From: an uncultured bacterium
GTDB taxonomy: Bacteria; Bacillota; Clostridia; TANB77; CAG-508
Length of the DNA: 64,000 bases
Assembly (NCBI GenBank): GCA_905215935.1
Contig: CAJMRY010000006.1
Span: forward strand, 12,168-76,167
Direction: 5' to 3'
Shown here: piece after piece, positions 49,895 through 60,476 of the stretch
Numbering within the stretch: the first letter of the stretch is position 1
Layout: each line of letters begins with the position of its first letter
The notes under the pieces: model-generated
Told to the model about the DNA's origin: nothing
Seen by the model: the letters and a program-made list of their open reading frames with translations, nothing else
The model's database searches: none
Program-made: the position numbers and the translations under genes

Positions 49895-51676
49895 ATGATG
49901 AATTCAAATTTGGAAGTTAAAGGATATGAGTTTAATACAGACACATTAGACAGTATTAATCCAAAATATATTAATTGGCCAGTAGTTTATTTAATAAATA
50001 ATAATAATGAAATATATATTGGTGAAACATCAAATATAAAAAGTAGAATGAAACAACATTTAGATAATCCAGATAGAAAATATTTGGAATTAATAAACAT
50101 AATATTTGATAAGCAATTTAATAAATCTGCGATATTAGATATAGAACAAAATTTAATTCGTATGTTCTATGCTGATACCAGGTTTAATTCAGATAATGGC
50201 ATATTAAATAAAAATAATGGACAATCTTCGAAACATAATTATTATCAAAGAGAAATGTATTTAAATAAATTAGTGAATATATGGGAAAAACTTAAGCAGA
50301 AAAAGTTAGTTAATAAATCTTATAATAATATTATAAATTCTGATATATATAAATATTCTCCGTTTATTTCATTAACTAATGAGCAAGAAGATATAATGTG
50401 TAAAATTATTAATAATATATTGGATTGTTTAGAGGGAAAAAGCACGAATGAAACTTCAATTATTACAGGTCTTGCAGGAACAGGTAAAACCATTTTGGCA
50501 ATAAATTTAATATATAATATAGTTAATGCAAATCTTATCAAGATTGATACTTTCAAAGAAGATAGTGAAGTAGAAAATTTATTGGAATTTGATAAAACTA
50601 TGCATAGGCTAAGAAAATATATATTATACAATGAAAAAATAAAAATTGGATTTGTAGTTCCAATGCAGTCTTTAAGAAAGACTTTAAATGTTGTATTTAA
50701 ATCAATAAATAGTAAAAAACTAAAAAATATTGTAATTGGACCAGGTGATGTTACTAAAGATAATTATGATGTAATTATATGTGATGAAACCCATAGGTTA
50801 GCACAATATAAAAATATTCAAAATATGGGATATTTTAAGAAAATATGTAAAGAACTTCAAATTGATGAAAAAACATCTACACAACTTGATTGGATAAGTA
50901 TGAAATCAAAATATAAAGTATTATTTTATGATGGAAATCAAACTATTAGAGGATCAGACATTTCAGCAGAAAAAATGAACGAGTTAATACAAAGAAATAG
51001 TGATAAATGTTACTCATTAACAACACAATTAAGGTGTAAATCGGGGGAACTATTTTTAGATAATATAGATAAATTATTTAAATGTACGTTAAAAGATAAA
51101 ATAGAATCATCTAAAGATTTTGAAATAAAAGTATTCAATGATCCTAATGAAATGATTGAAAAGATAAAGCAACTAGATAAAGAAATGGGATTATGTAGAA
51201 ATGTTGCAGGAAATGATTGGGAGTGGAAATCGGAACGTAAGTCAAATGAAGAGATAAGAAAAAATGATTTATACGATTTTGATTTTGAAGGAAAGAAATA
51301 TATATGGAATCGTACAAAAAAAGGTTGGATACTATCAAATAATGCAGTAAATGAAATTGGATGTGTGCATACAGTACAGGGGTATGACTTAAACTATGTT
51401 GGAGTAATTATTGGTCCTGACTTAAGTTATAATAAAGGGAAAAATAAGATTGAAGTTCATATTGATAAATTAAAAGATTTAAATGTAAAAAAAGGAACAG
51501 ATGAAGAAACTGTAAAAAACTATATAATTAATACATATAAGATTTTATTGGAACGAGGAATTAAAGGTTGTTATATTTACGCATGTGATGAAAGTATGCA
51601 GAGATATTTGGAGGAACATATAGAAAATTATAATTCTAATAAAGAAGAAACTAAACAAGTAATATTAAAAAATTAG
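49895..51676 (+). CDS. GIY-YIG nuclease domain fused to a DUF2075 P-loop NTPase/helicase-like protein
   Basis: GIY-YIG motifs VVYLINNNNEIYIGETSNIKSRMKQH. Walker A GLAGTGKT, Walker B ICDETHRL, and the DUF2075 C-terminal motif IGCVHTVQGYDLNYVGVIIG. Confidence 0.7.
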   Translation: MMNSNLEVKGYEFNTDTLDSINPKYINWPVVYLINNNNEIYIGETSNIKSRMKQHLDNPDRKYLELINIIFDKQFNKSAILDIEQNLIRMFYADTRFNSDNGILNKNNGQSSKHNYYQREMYLNKLVNIWEKLKQKKLVNKSYNNIINSDIYKYSPFISLTNEQEDIMCKIINNILDCLEGKSTNETSIITGLAGTGKTILAINLIYNIVNANLIKIDTFKEDSEVENLLEFDKTMHRLRKYILYNEKIKIGFVVPMQSLRKTLNVVFKSINSKKLKNIVIGPGDVTKDNYDVIICDETHRLAQYKNIQNMGYFKKICKELQIDEKTSTQLDWISMKSKYKVLFYDGNQTIRGSDISAEKMNELIQRNSDKCYSLTTQLRCKSGELFLDNIDKLFKCTLKDKIESSKDFEIKVFNDPNEMIEKIKQLDKEMGLCRNVAGNDWEWKSERKSNEEIRKNDLYDFDFEGKKYIWNRTKKGWILSNNAVNEIGCVHTVQGYDLNYVGVIIGPDLSYNKGKNKIEVHIDKLKDLNVKKGTDEETVKNYIINTYKILLERGIKGCYIYACDESMQRYLEEHIENYNSNKEETKQVILKN

Positions 51677-51745
51677 AAAAGACAAAGAAAAAATATCCAG
51701 TAGAAAAAGCTAAAGGAGTAAGCACAAAATATAATTAATTATAGA
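51662..51745 (+). pseudogene. Remnant of a second MazG-like gene 3' end, duplicating 49791-49875
   Basis: About 85 nt at roughly 80% identity. An out-of-frame reading gives LKKLEKTKKKYPVEKAKGVSTKYN, against ILKKLEKTEKKYPVEKSKGVSTKYNKL in the intact gene. Confidence 0.7.
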
Positions 51746-51771
51746 AATAATAATTAATTGGAGGAATTATT

Positions 51772-53730
51772 ATGATAGTATATGAAGCAACAAAGCAGCT
51801 ATTTGTAGAAGATGTTGTAAAAGATAAAATTGAAGAGAATATAGATAGAAAATTTTATGAAAAAATGGGATATCACACATCACAGAATGAAAGAAAAGCA
51901 TGGAATAATTCTATGCAATATATGATGAAAGTTTTGATAGATAATAATATACCTGGAAATGTAGGAATAGCTATTGAATTTAAAATTCCAAATACATCTA
52001 AGAGAGTAGACTTTATAATTACAGGTAAGGATGGTAAATTTAAAAATACAGCTATTATTGTTGAATTAAAACAATGGACTGAAGTTGATATAATTAATGG
52101 AAAAGATGGAATAGTACAAGCATATACAGGACATGCTTTAAGAGAAGTTGTACATCCATCATATCAAGCATGGTCATATGCAACAACAATAGAAGATTAT
52201 AATGAGAGTGTACAAGATAGACAAATAGATTTACATCCATGTGCTTATCTTCACAATTATTTAACTGTAACACCTCCAACACTATTATCAGATAATTATA
52301 AGTATTATTTAGAAAAGGCACCAACTTTTGTAAAAGGTGATGTAGAAAAGTTAAGAAATTTTATCAATAAGTATATTAAACATGGCGATGATAAAGAAAC
52401 ATTATATATGATTGAAAATGGAAAAATTAGACCATCTAAGTCCTTACAAGATACGTTATCAAGTATGTTAAAAGGTAATCAAGAATTCATTATGATTGAT
52501 GACCAAAAACTTGTATATGAAACAGCTTTAGAAATGGCAAGAAAATCATATAGAGATGGAAACAAAAGAGTTTTAATAGTTAAAGGTGGACCAGGTACAG
52601 GAAAATCAGTATTAGCAATCAATTTGTTAGTTCAATTAACAAATGAAAATATGGTTTGTTCATATGTAACAAAGAATTCAGCACCTAGAAATGTTTATGC
52701 TACGAAGTTAAGTGGAGATTTTAGAAAAACAAGAATCAATAACTTGTTTAAAGGATCAGGATCATTTGTAGAATCTGTAGAAAATGAATTTGATGTTTTA
52801 ATAGTAGATGAAGCACATAGATTAAATGCAAAATCAGGAATGTTCCAGAACTTAGGTGAGAATCAAATAAAGGAAATTATTAAAGCCTCTAAATTTTCAA
52901 TATTCTTTATAGATGAATCACAAAGAGTAACTTTAAAAGATATAGGAAGTATCGAAGAAATACAAAAATATATTAGACAAGCTAATGCTGAATCAGAAAT
53001 AATGGAATTAGAATCACAATTTAGATGCAATGGATCTGATGGATATATTGCTTGGCTTGATGATGTATTAGAAATAAGAAATACTGCTAATAGTGATGGA
53101 TTTGATTTGGATTATGAGGTTAAAGTATGTGATACTCCAAATGAAGTAAGAGATATAATATTTGAAAAGAACAAAATAAATAATAAAGCAAGATTACTTG
53201 CAGGATACTGTTGGAACTGGATAAAAGAAGGAAAAAATAAATCAGATATATTTGATATAACCATTCCAGAATATAATTTCGCAATGAGCTGGAATTTAGG
53301 GAATAGTCAAACATGGGCAATTGATTCAGAGTCAGTAAATGAAATAGGATGTATACATACAGCACAAGGACTTGAATTCGATTATGTTGGAGTAATTATT
53401 GGAAATGATTTAAGATATGAAAATGGTAAGATAGTTACAGATGTTACAGAAAGAGCAAAGACAGATCAATCAATAAAAGGAATATATAAAATGTTTCAAC
53501 AAGATTTTGATAAAGCAGAGAAAATAGTAGATGAAATAATAAAAAATACATATAGGACATTAATGACAAGAGGACAAAAAGGATGTTATATTTATTGTAC
53601 AGATAAAAACTTGTCAAATTATCTTAAGAAAAGATTAAATCAAAAAGATGAAATAACTTATTCAATTGATGAAGATGAGAAAAATAACTTAATGGTTGCT
53701 GAAGAAGGAGAAGAATATAGGTATGAATAA
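51772..53730 (+). CDS. PD-(D/E)xK-like nuclease domain fused to a DUF2075 P-loop NTPase/helicase-like protein
   Basis: The N-terminus VDFIITGKD...AIIVELKQW has a D...ExK pattern. Walker A GGPGTGKS, Walker B IVDEAHRL, IGCIHTAQGLEFDYVGVIIG. Confidence 0.7.
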   Translation: MIVYEATKQLFVEDVVKDKIEENIDRKFYEKMGYHTSQNERKAWNNSMQYMMKVLIDNNIPGNVGIAIEFKIPNTSKRVDFIITGKDGKFKNTAIIVELKQWTEVDIINGKDGIVQAYTGHALREVVHPSYQAWSYATTIEDYNESVQDRQIDLHPCAYLHNYLTVTPPTLLSDNYKYYLEKAPTFVKGDVEKLRNFINKYIKHGDDKETLYMIENGKIRPSKSLQDTLSSMLKGNQEFIMIDDQKLVYETALEMARKSYRDGNKRVLIVKGGPGTGKSVLAINLLVQLTNENMVCSYVTKNSAPRNVYATKLSGDFRKTRINNLFKGSGSFVESVENEFDVLIVDEAHRLNAKSGMFQNLGENQIKEIIKASKFSIFFIDESQRVTLKDIGSIEEIQKYIRQANAESEIMELESQFRCNGSDGYIAWLDDVLEIRNTANSDGFDLDYEVKVCDTPNEVRDIIFEKNKINNKARLLAGYCWNWIKEGKNKSDIFDITIPEYNFAMSWNLGNSQTWAIDSESVNEIGCIHTAQGLEFDYVGVIIGNDLRYENGKIVTDVTERAKTDQSIKGIYKMFQQDFDKAEKIVDEIIKNTYRTLMTRGQKGCYIYCTDKNLSNYLKKRLNQKDEITYSIDEDEKNNLMVAEEGEEYRYE

Positions 53731-53899
53731 AGATGAAATGATGCCGATTGTAAAATTCATAGCTGAAATGGACAAGAAATTTATAGACGATGATAACAGA
53801 TATAATTTATCAAAAGAGCAAAAAGAAATATTAAAGCACTTTGTTGATGAATGCTACGAAAATTTTAAGAATGATAACTGGAGAAAAGCAATTATTTGA
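53723..53899 (+). CDS. Hypothetical small protein (58 aa)
   Basis: ATG after gaaggag, overlapping the end of the DUF2075 gene (translational coupling). Confidence 0.4.
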   Translation: MNKDEMMPIVKFIAEMDKKFIDDDNRYNLSKEQKEILKHFVDECYENFKNDNWRKAII

Positions 53900-54061
53900 A
53901 TAAATGAATATAAATTATGAAGAAAATTTTTCTATCATATTTTAATTGGTGTAGAACAAAAGTATAATTTTTATTATCAATGGAAAATTACTATAATTTA
54001 TGTTATTTAGTCATATATAAAATTTATAAACTTGATCAATACTATTATATGGAGGTACTAT

Positions 54062-57000
54062 ATGAATAATTCCAAAGAAAGAGGATATATATTTCAAGAT
54101 GCTTTTTCGTCATATATAATATCTGAGTATATTAATAGAATATTAAATGGAGAGCATATTGATACTAGAGTAGTATTAGATAAAAAATCAAATATAGAAG
54201 ATAAATTTGATGATTTAAAAATAATAGAAAAAGATATTATTAAAGAAATTCAAATTAAATATAGTGAATCAAAAGAAATTCTTGATTGGTCAGATTTAAA
54301 AAATGCAAGTAGTGATTATAATTTGTATCAATTTATTAATAGCTATAAAGTATCAAAAAATAATAAAAACATTCTAATTATAAGAAATACCTCAGGAAAT
54401 ATAAGTACGGAATTAGAAAAAAAGTTATTAAAAAATGGACAAAAGGGATTCTTTTTACAATCAAGGTTATATAAAATAAAAAATGAGGAAAAGATTATAA
54501 ATGAACTTTTTGATTGTAGAATAATAAAAAGCAAAAAAGAAAGAAAACAACCATTTAAGAGTATTACGAAAAATGACATAAAAGATTTTATAGATAATTT
54601 CATAATAGAAGTAACAAATCAAGGATTAGAAAATGATGATTTTAGAAATTTAATATTAAATTCTTTTGACAGCGGAGTTATTGGTTATGCTAAAGGCACC
54701 AATCAAAGTATTTATAATACTTTATTAAATACTATAAGAACTTATAGAGCCGAAGATAATTATGTGGAAAAACAAATAAATGAGATTTCTAACGAAATAA
54801 TGAAAGCTTTAGGATTAGAAGAATATTTAAGTCCAGTTTCAAATAAAATGGAAATTGATGAATTATTAGAAATAAAAAGAAGTAACGATATAAATAATAT
54901 TATTAATTTATTAAAAGAAAATAATTTGTTGCATATATATGGAGCTCCAGGAGTAGGAAAAAGTTGGTTATCAAAACAACTAAAAGATAAAATAGAAGAA
55001 AATTCACTAATAACAACATATTATTTCTATTTTAATAGAAATGATGAGGAAAGAAGTAAGAGAATAAAAGAAATAAATTTTCTAACTACATTAAATTATC
55101 ATTTACAAAAAAAACATGGGTTTAATATTAACTTATTTAACAATGATATTAATTCTATAATAGATCAAGCTAATAAAGATGATAAAATTCATTATCTGTT
55201 GTTAGATGGAATTGATCATATAGAAAGAGAAGATACGGATCAAAAGATTGTTATTAAGGAATTATTAAAATCATTGACACAGATAGCAGATAGTACAGAA
55301 AAAATGAAAATAATTCTTATTTCTCAACCAATTGATGAAATTGACGTGAAATGTAAATATGAAATTAAAAATTTCCATATAGAAGAGACTAAAATAATAG
55401 TAGGAAAGTTTTGTAAAAAATACGATTTAAATATAAATATTAGCATTGAAGAAATACATAGGAAAACAAATGGTAATCCATTATTAATTAACTATTTAAT
55501 GAGAGAGTATATGAATAAAGGTAATATTCCAGCAAATGATTTTAATACATTAGATGAATATTATGATTATATTTTTCAAGGATTACAATTTTATCTATAT
55601 ATGTATTTTGCTATATTACAGTTTCCTGTAACGGTAAATGAATTAGCTGAATTGAGTAAAACTGATTATGTTGAAGTTAATAATGAGATAGGAAAGATAA
55701 AGAATGTATTAACTAAAAATGAAAGAAATGAATATATGATATTCCATGAAAGTTTGAAGAGATATATTTTAAAAAATCCTAAAATAGAGACTAACTTATT
55801 GAAAAATAATTTGGTTGATTGGCTTAATTCATTAGACATATATGAAAACGAGAAAGCATTTAATTATTTGCCAGAATTAATTGTTAATACTAATAATTTT
55901 TTAAAGTTTAATAAAGAATATAATATTGATAAACTAATTAATTGCATTTTTGAAAAAGGGATATCAATTAAAGAAATAGAGAAATTTAATGTGTGCTGTT
56001 ATAAAATATTTTCGTTGAGAGAGGAATTCGAAAAAATATATTATATAGAACATTTTTCAGATATTTTAAATACATATCAATATGAAGTAGATTTAGATAT
56101 ATTTGAAGATTATATAAGAATATTATATTTAAGAGGTGAAAAAGAGTTATTAGAAAAAATCTTATATAAAAGAGGATTAATAAAATATGCTAACCACGAG
56201 CAGGAATGGGAATATATTAGAAAAATTTGTATATATCTATTAAAAAATAATGTAAAATTAAATTATGAAAATATAATCAATATTTATTTTGAAAATTATA
56301 ATAAAAGAGATTTGACACAAATAGATAAATTGATTATTCCAAAAAATGAAATAGGAATCATGGTTAATTTTATAAAGTTATATAGTGAAAAGAAAGAGAA
56401 AATTATGGAAGAAATAGGTAGAAAAGATAATAGGCTAAAGGAAACCATAAAGAAATTTATAGAAGGAAAATTAGATGGATATAATACAAAATTACTAGAA
56501 TATGGTTTGCTGGTTCCTGATAAAAAAATTGATATAGAAATAATCAAAAGAAAATATAAAGGCCAAAAGTACATTAGTAATATAGATGAAAATATTTTAG
56601 CTTATTTTTTCAATAATGGAATAAATAAAAATATCGAATATTTAAATAATGTATGGGAAAAGGAATATTTAGAAATTCCTAAATTTTATAAATTATTAGT
56701 TAGTTTAATTGAAGTTTTCACTAATACAGAATTAAAAGATAACAAGAGTAAGTTCGAAGAAATATTTGACAAATTAAATTACTATGATTTGAATTTTGAA
56801 GGAAATATTATTAATTCTGAAGAAAAATTAGACTTTCTTGGAAATTTATTTGTTAAAAATGAAAATAACAATTATATAATTATTAAATTTATGGAATTTT
56901 ATGAAAAAATGAAAAAAGAAAAATCAAATAGACATGAAGGAATTTTACCATTTTTGGGAAATATATATAAATCTATTGTATATAATATAAAAAAGAATAA

Positions 57001-58861
57001 TATAAAGTTAGAAATCGATACATTAAGATATTTATTCTTTAATATTGATTCAAGAGAAAGTAATTATTCAAATTTGAGAAATTTAATGACGAATTACATA
57101 ATGCTTTATTTAGTAAATGGAGATCAAATAGAAATTTACAAAGAAATAAAATGCTTAATGTTCTCTTATGGAAGTTATAGAGATATTCAAATATGGGAAT
57201 TAATTGATATTTATGATAGATTAAAAGAAGAAAAATTATTAGACAGACAAAAATTTTTGAAATTATATACAATAGCATATAATGCAATTGAAAGAATGGA
57301 TAGAGCTAAAGATGTTTGGCATATTTTAAATGAATTGCTAGAAAAATATGCAAAAGATTTTTCTGCAGAGGAGGCTATGAAAATATTCTTTTATACTATG
57401 GAAATAAGTTATAATGGTATAAGAGATGAAGATATTTTATTCTCTGAAATATATGAAAATATCAAACTTAAAGATTATAAAAAAAATAAGTTTTTATATT
57501 ATTATTGGAGGTATATATCTGGCAATATTCAATATTCTATAAATAATAGAAATAGTTATTTAAAAAGTTGTATAAAATTTGCTACAAATAAACAATACAA
57601 CTATATAAAGAAAGAAATTATAGAAAATATCAAAATAAAGCAAGATGATATTATTGAAGGAGAAATAGAAAAGATTATAAATAATAAGAAGAAGTTTATG
57701 GAATATGAGAAAAATGAAGAACAAAATGAAAAAGAGAAAGAAATAGATTATATCTATATTGACAATTTTAATGATTTTATTTTAAAGATTAATGATACAT
57801 ATCTATCAGTTCATGATATTGCTTATGAATCGATATGTAAAATTATTAATTCTTTACCAGAAGAAGAAGAGATCATAAATAAAATTTTAACTATAAAACA
57901 ATACACATCAATAAACTATATTTATAATATATTATTAAAAAATTCTTATGATTTTTCAACTTCAAATAAAAACAAACTAGTTCCTTTTTTAGTAGGACTG
58001 TATTATAGAGGAAATGGTAATGTTACCAATATGGAAAATGATGAAATCTATGAAAAATGTTTAGCAATGGATAGAGATATGACAGAAAAAGTTTTAAAAA
58101 AATATTTTAAAAAAGATGAAGAATATCAAATTGGAAACAAAGCTGGGAAATTATATAAATATTTGGTAAAAAAAGAACATATCCCATGTGTATATGAAAA
58201 TTTAATTACTATGTATAATGAAAGATTACCTCAATTAATAGATTTTACAAATGAATATTATAGCAACTATAACCTAGGAGATAAAAACGACATCCTTTTA
58301 AATTATTTTATGTTAAAATTGAAAGAAAATGAAACACGTTTTCCCTCAACTGTCGATGAATTATTATTTGTTAATTTATATGATGTAAAATGTAATAAAA
58401 ATTTTTTTATAAAAAATGATAAGGCTATTTTCTTGGCACTTACTGTGTATGCGATATATTTATCTGATCTTTGGCTTATGAAAAATTCTTTTTTGAATTG
58501 GAATCAATTAACAGAAAAGAATATTATTGTATGTGAAATAAATCAAAATAAAACTTCAATAAATATGAATATGGAAAATTGTACAAATTCAATAAAGAAA
58601 AAAATCATATCAAATCCGAGAGGATTATTAGCAATGAATGGACATGAATCCTATAAATATGTGTCTAATATGTTTCAATTATTTGACATTTATGGAGGAA
58701 TAGAAGATAGAAATATAATAAAAAGAGAATATAAAATTGGCAGAAATAGTAGAATAAAATATGTTATGATAAAGCAACAAAATAATAATAAATTAAAAAA
58801 ATTAGCAAAAGTACAAAATATTTATAAGATAAGAAGCATGCTGGAAGAATTTTTGTTTTAG
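54062..58861 (+). CDS. Giant STAND-type NTPase (1599 aa) with an N-terminal Cap4/DUF4297-like nuclease domain; Avs-like defence candidate
   Basis: ATG after ggagg. N-terminus ERGYIFQDAF..., DDLKII, EIQIKYSE (GYxFQ / D / QxK pattern). Walker A IYGAPGVGKSWL, Walker B HYLLLDGIDHIE. An all-helical repeat region of more than 1000 aa follows. Confidence 0.65.
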   Translation: MNNSKERGYIFQDAFSSYIISEYINRILNGEHIDTRVVLDKKSNIEDKFDDLKIIEKDIIKEIQIKYSESKEILDWSDLKNASSDYNLYQFINSYKVSKNNKNILIIRNTSGNISTELEKKLLKNGQKGFFLQSRLYKIKNEEKIINELFDCRIIKSKKERKQPFKSITKNDIKDFIDNFIIEVTNQGLENDDFRNLILNSFDSGVIGYAKGTNQSIYNTLLNTIRTYRAEDNYVEKQINEISNEIMKALGLEEYLSPVSNKMEIDELLEIKRSNDINNIINLLKENNLLHIYGAPGVGKSWLSKQLKDKIEENSLITTYYFYFNRNDEERSKRIKEINFLTTLNYHLQKKHGFNINLFNNDINSIIDQANKDDKIHYLLLDGIDHIEREDTDQKIVIKELLKSLTQIADSTEKMKIILISQPIDEIDVKCKYEIKNFHIEETKIIVGKFCKKYDLNINISIEEIHRKTNGNPLLINYLMREYMNKGNIPANDFNTLDEYYDYIFQGLQFYLYMYFAILQFPVTVNELAELSKTDYVEVNNEIGKIKNVLTKNERNEYMIFHESLKRYILKNPKIETNLLKNNLVDWLNSLDIYENEKAFNYLPELIVNTNNFLKFNKEYNIDKLINCIFEKGISIKEIEKFNVCCYKIFSLREEFEKIYYIEHFSDILNTYQYEVDLDIFEDYIRILYLRGEKELLEKILYKRGLIKYANHEQEWEYIRKICIYLLKNNVKLNYENIINIYFENYNKRDLTQIDKLIIPKNEIGIMVNFIKLYSEKKEKIMEEIGRKDNRLKETIKKFIEGKLDGYNTKLLEYGLLVPDKKIDIEIIKRKYKGQKYISNIDENILAYFFNNGINKNIEYLNNVWEKEYLEIPKFYKLLVSLIEVFTNTELKDNKSKFEEIFDKLNYYDLNFEGNIINSEEKLDFLGNLFVKNENNNYIIIKFMEFYEKMKKEKSNRHEGILPFLGNIYKSIVYNIKKNNIKLEIDTLRYLFFNIDSRESNYSNLRNLMTNYIMLYLVNGDQIEIYKEIKCLMFSYGSYRDIQIWELIDIYDRLKEEKLLDRQKFLKLYTIAYNAIERMDRAKDVWHILNELLEKYAKDFSAEEAMKIFFYTMEISYNGIRDEDILFSEIYENIKLKDYKKNKFLYYYWRYISGNIQYSINNRNSYLKSCIKFATNKQYNYIKKEIIENIKIKQDDIIEGEIEKIINNKKKFMEYEKNEEQNEKEKEIDYIYIDNFNDFILKINDTYLSVHDIAYESICKIINSLPEEEEIINKILTIKQYTSINYIYNILLKNSYDFSTSNKNKLVPFLVGLYYRGNGNVTNMENDEIYEKCLAMDRDMTEKVLKKYFKKDEEYQIGNKAGKLYKYLVKKEHIPCVYENLITMYNERLPQLIDFTNEYYSNYNLGDKNDILLNYFMLKLKENETRFPSTVDELLFVNLYDVKCNKNFFIKNDKAIFLALTVYAIYLSDLWLMKNSFLNWNQLTEKNIIVCEINQNKTSINMNMENCTNSIKKKIISNPRGLLAMNGHESYKYVSNMFQLFDIYGGIEDRNIIKREYKIGRNSRIKYVMIKQQNNNKLKKLAKVQNIYKIRSMLEEFLF

Positions 58862-59129
58862 ATGTAAAATAATTAGAGTATATCTCTTAAAACATATAAT
58901 AATGAATTATTAAAATTTTTAAATCAATTATAAAAGTGCAAGGTCTGGATGATTCAGACTTTGTATTATTATACAAAATATAACATATCTAGTTTCAAAC
59001 ATATGATTAGACACATTTTTCAATATGATTTTATATATTTTTAAAGTGTAAAAATTGCACTTTAAAATAATAAGCAAGTATAATAAAATTCAAAAATATC
59101 AATAAATTTGAGAAAATATCTCAAAAATG

Positions 59130-59158
59130 TTGATATTTTTTTGATTTTAGCATATAAT
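59130..59158 (+). promoter_or_regulatory. Sigma-A-type promoter of the AAA ATPase gene
   Basis: TTGATA, 17-nt spacer, TATAAT. Small palindromes lie upstream (aaagtg-N10-cacttt at 59043-59064; ttgag-N7-ctcaa at 59108-59124). Confidence 0.55.
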
Positions 59159-59183
59159 ATATAAAGTAAAGGAGGATTTTAAC

Positions 59184-60392
59184 ATGTTAATAAGATTTAG
59201 TTTTAAAAATTTCAAATCATTTAAAGACGAAAATTGTTTAGATATGGAAGCAACAGTATTAAAAGAACATGAGTATAATGTTGCTAAAATAGATAATGGT
59301 GAATATTTAAAAGTATCTGCAATTTATGGTGCTAATGCTAGTGGAAAAACTAATGTATTACAAGCTTTTGATTATATGAAAAATAGAATATTAATAAGCG
59401 ATGATTCTAAAAAAAGTTCTCCAATAGATGAAGAAAATATATATAGTTTTATGATAAATGAAGAACCAATTGCTTTAGAAGTAGAAATACTAGCAAAAAA
59501 TAATAAAATATATAAATATGGTTTTGAATTAATAAAAGATAATATAATTTCAGAATGGCTATATGAAAAAAGAGTTAACAAATTTTATTCTATATTTGAA
59601 AGAGAAAATAATAATGTAACAATGAAAACAAATAAAATAGCTAGTTTGTTAAATATATATGAAAAGACATTATTTTTGAATATATATAGTAAAATAGATA
59701 AAGATAACGAAGACTTTGCAAATGTTTATTATTGGTTTATGAATAGCAATTATTTAGATTTAGGAAATCCTGATTTTGATAGAATCATTGATAAAAGGGT
59801 TTCATTTAAAATATTAACTGATAAAAATTATAAAAGGGAATTATTAAAATTTATAAAATCATTTGATGCTGGAATAGAAGATATAAATACTATACCAGAT
59901 TCTGTAGAAGCAGTAAAAAACAATAATGTAATTGTAGATATTAAGGTTACTCATAAAAGAGAAAATGGAGAAGAAAAGGCATTGCCATTTTACCTAGAAT
60001 CTAATGGCACTAGAAAAATGTTTTACTTATTTGATTTTTTTATGGATGCATTAAAAAATGGAATGGTGTTATTTATTGATGAATTAGACACAAAATTACA
60101 TCCATTATTAACAAGATATATTATTAATCTATTTCATAATAGTGATACGAATAAAGGAAATGGTCAGTTAATATATTCAACACATGATACAGTAAATTTG
60201 AATAAAGAAACTTTTAGAAGAGATGAAATTTGGTTTGCAGAAAAAGATAAGGATGGAATTTCTACAATATATTCTTTGGCTGATTACAAAATTAATGATG
60301 TAAAGGTTAGAAATGATGCAACTTACAATAAAGATTATTTATCTGGAAGATATGGTGCTATTCCAGTATTAGAGAATTTTGTAAAATTTTAA
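59184..60392 (+). CDS. AAA_15/AAA_21-type ATPase (ABC/SMC-like, abortive-infection-type)
   Basis: MLIRFSFKNFKSFKDE, Walker A GANASGKTN, Walker B LFIDELDTKLHP, STHDT, and the C-terminal YLSGRYGAIP. Confidence 0.7.
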   Translation: MLIRFSFKNFKSFKDENCLDMEATVLKEHEYNVAKIDNGEYLKVSAIYGANASGKTNVLQAFDYMKNRILISDDSKKSSPIDEENIYSFMINEEPIALEVEILAKNNKIYKYGFELIKDNIISEWLYEKRVNKFYSIFERENNNVTMKTNKIASLLNIYEKTLFLNIYSKIDKDNEDFANVYYWFMNSNYLDLGNPDFDRIIDKRVSFKILTDKNYKRELLKFIKSFDAGIEDINTIPDSVEAVKNNNVIVDIKVTHKRENGEEKALPFYLESNGTRKMFYLFDFFMDALKNGMVLFIDELDTKLHPLLTRYIINLFHNSDTNKGNGQLIYSTHDTVNLNKETFRRDEIWFAEKDKDGISTIYSLADYKINDVKVRNDATYNKDYLSGRYGAIPVLENFVKF

Positions 60393-60399
60393 TAAAGTA

Positions 60400-60451
60400 T
60401 TGACTTTTGTTCATAGCCATGGTACAATTAAATTGCCATCAAAAAGTGGCA
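60400..60451 (+). promoter_or_regulatory. Near-consensus promoter plus candidate operator for the toxin-antitoxin pair
   Basis: TTGACT (60400-05), 17-nt spacer, TACAAT (60423-28). An inverted repeat tgcca-N8-tggca lies at 60434-60451, before SD aaggag. Confidence 0.6.
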
Positions 60452-60476
60452 CATAAATATAAGGAGATGGCATATA

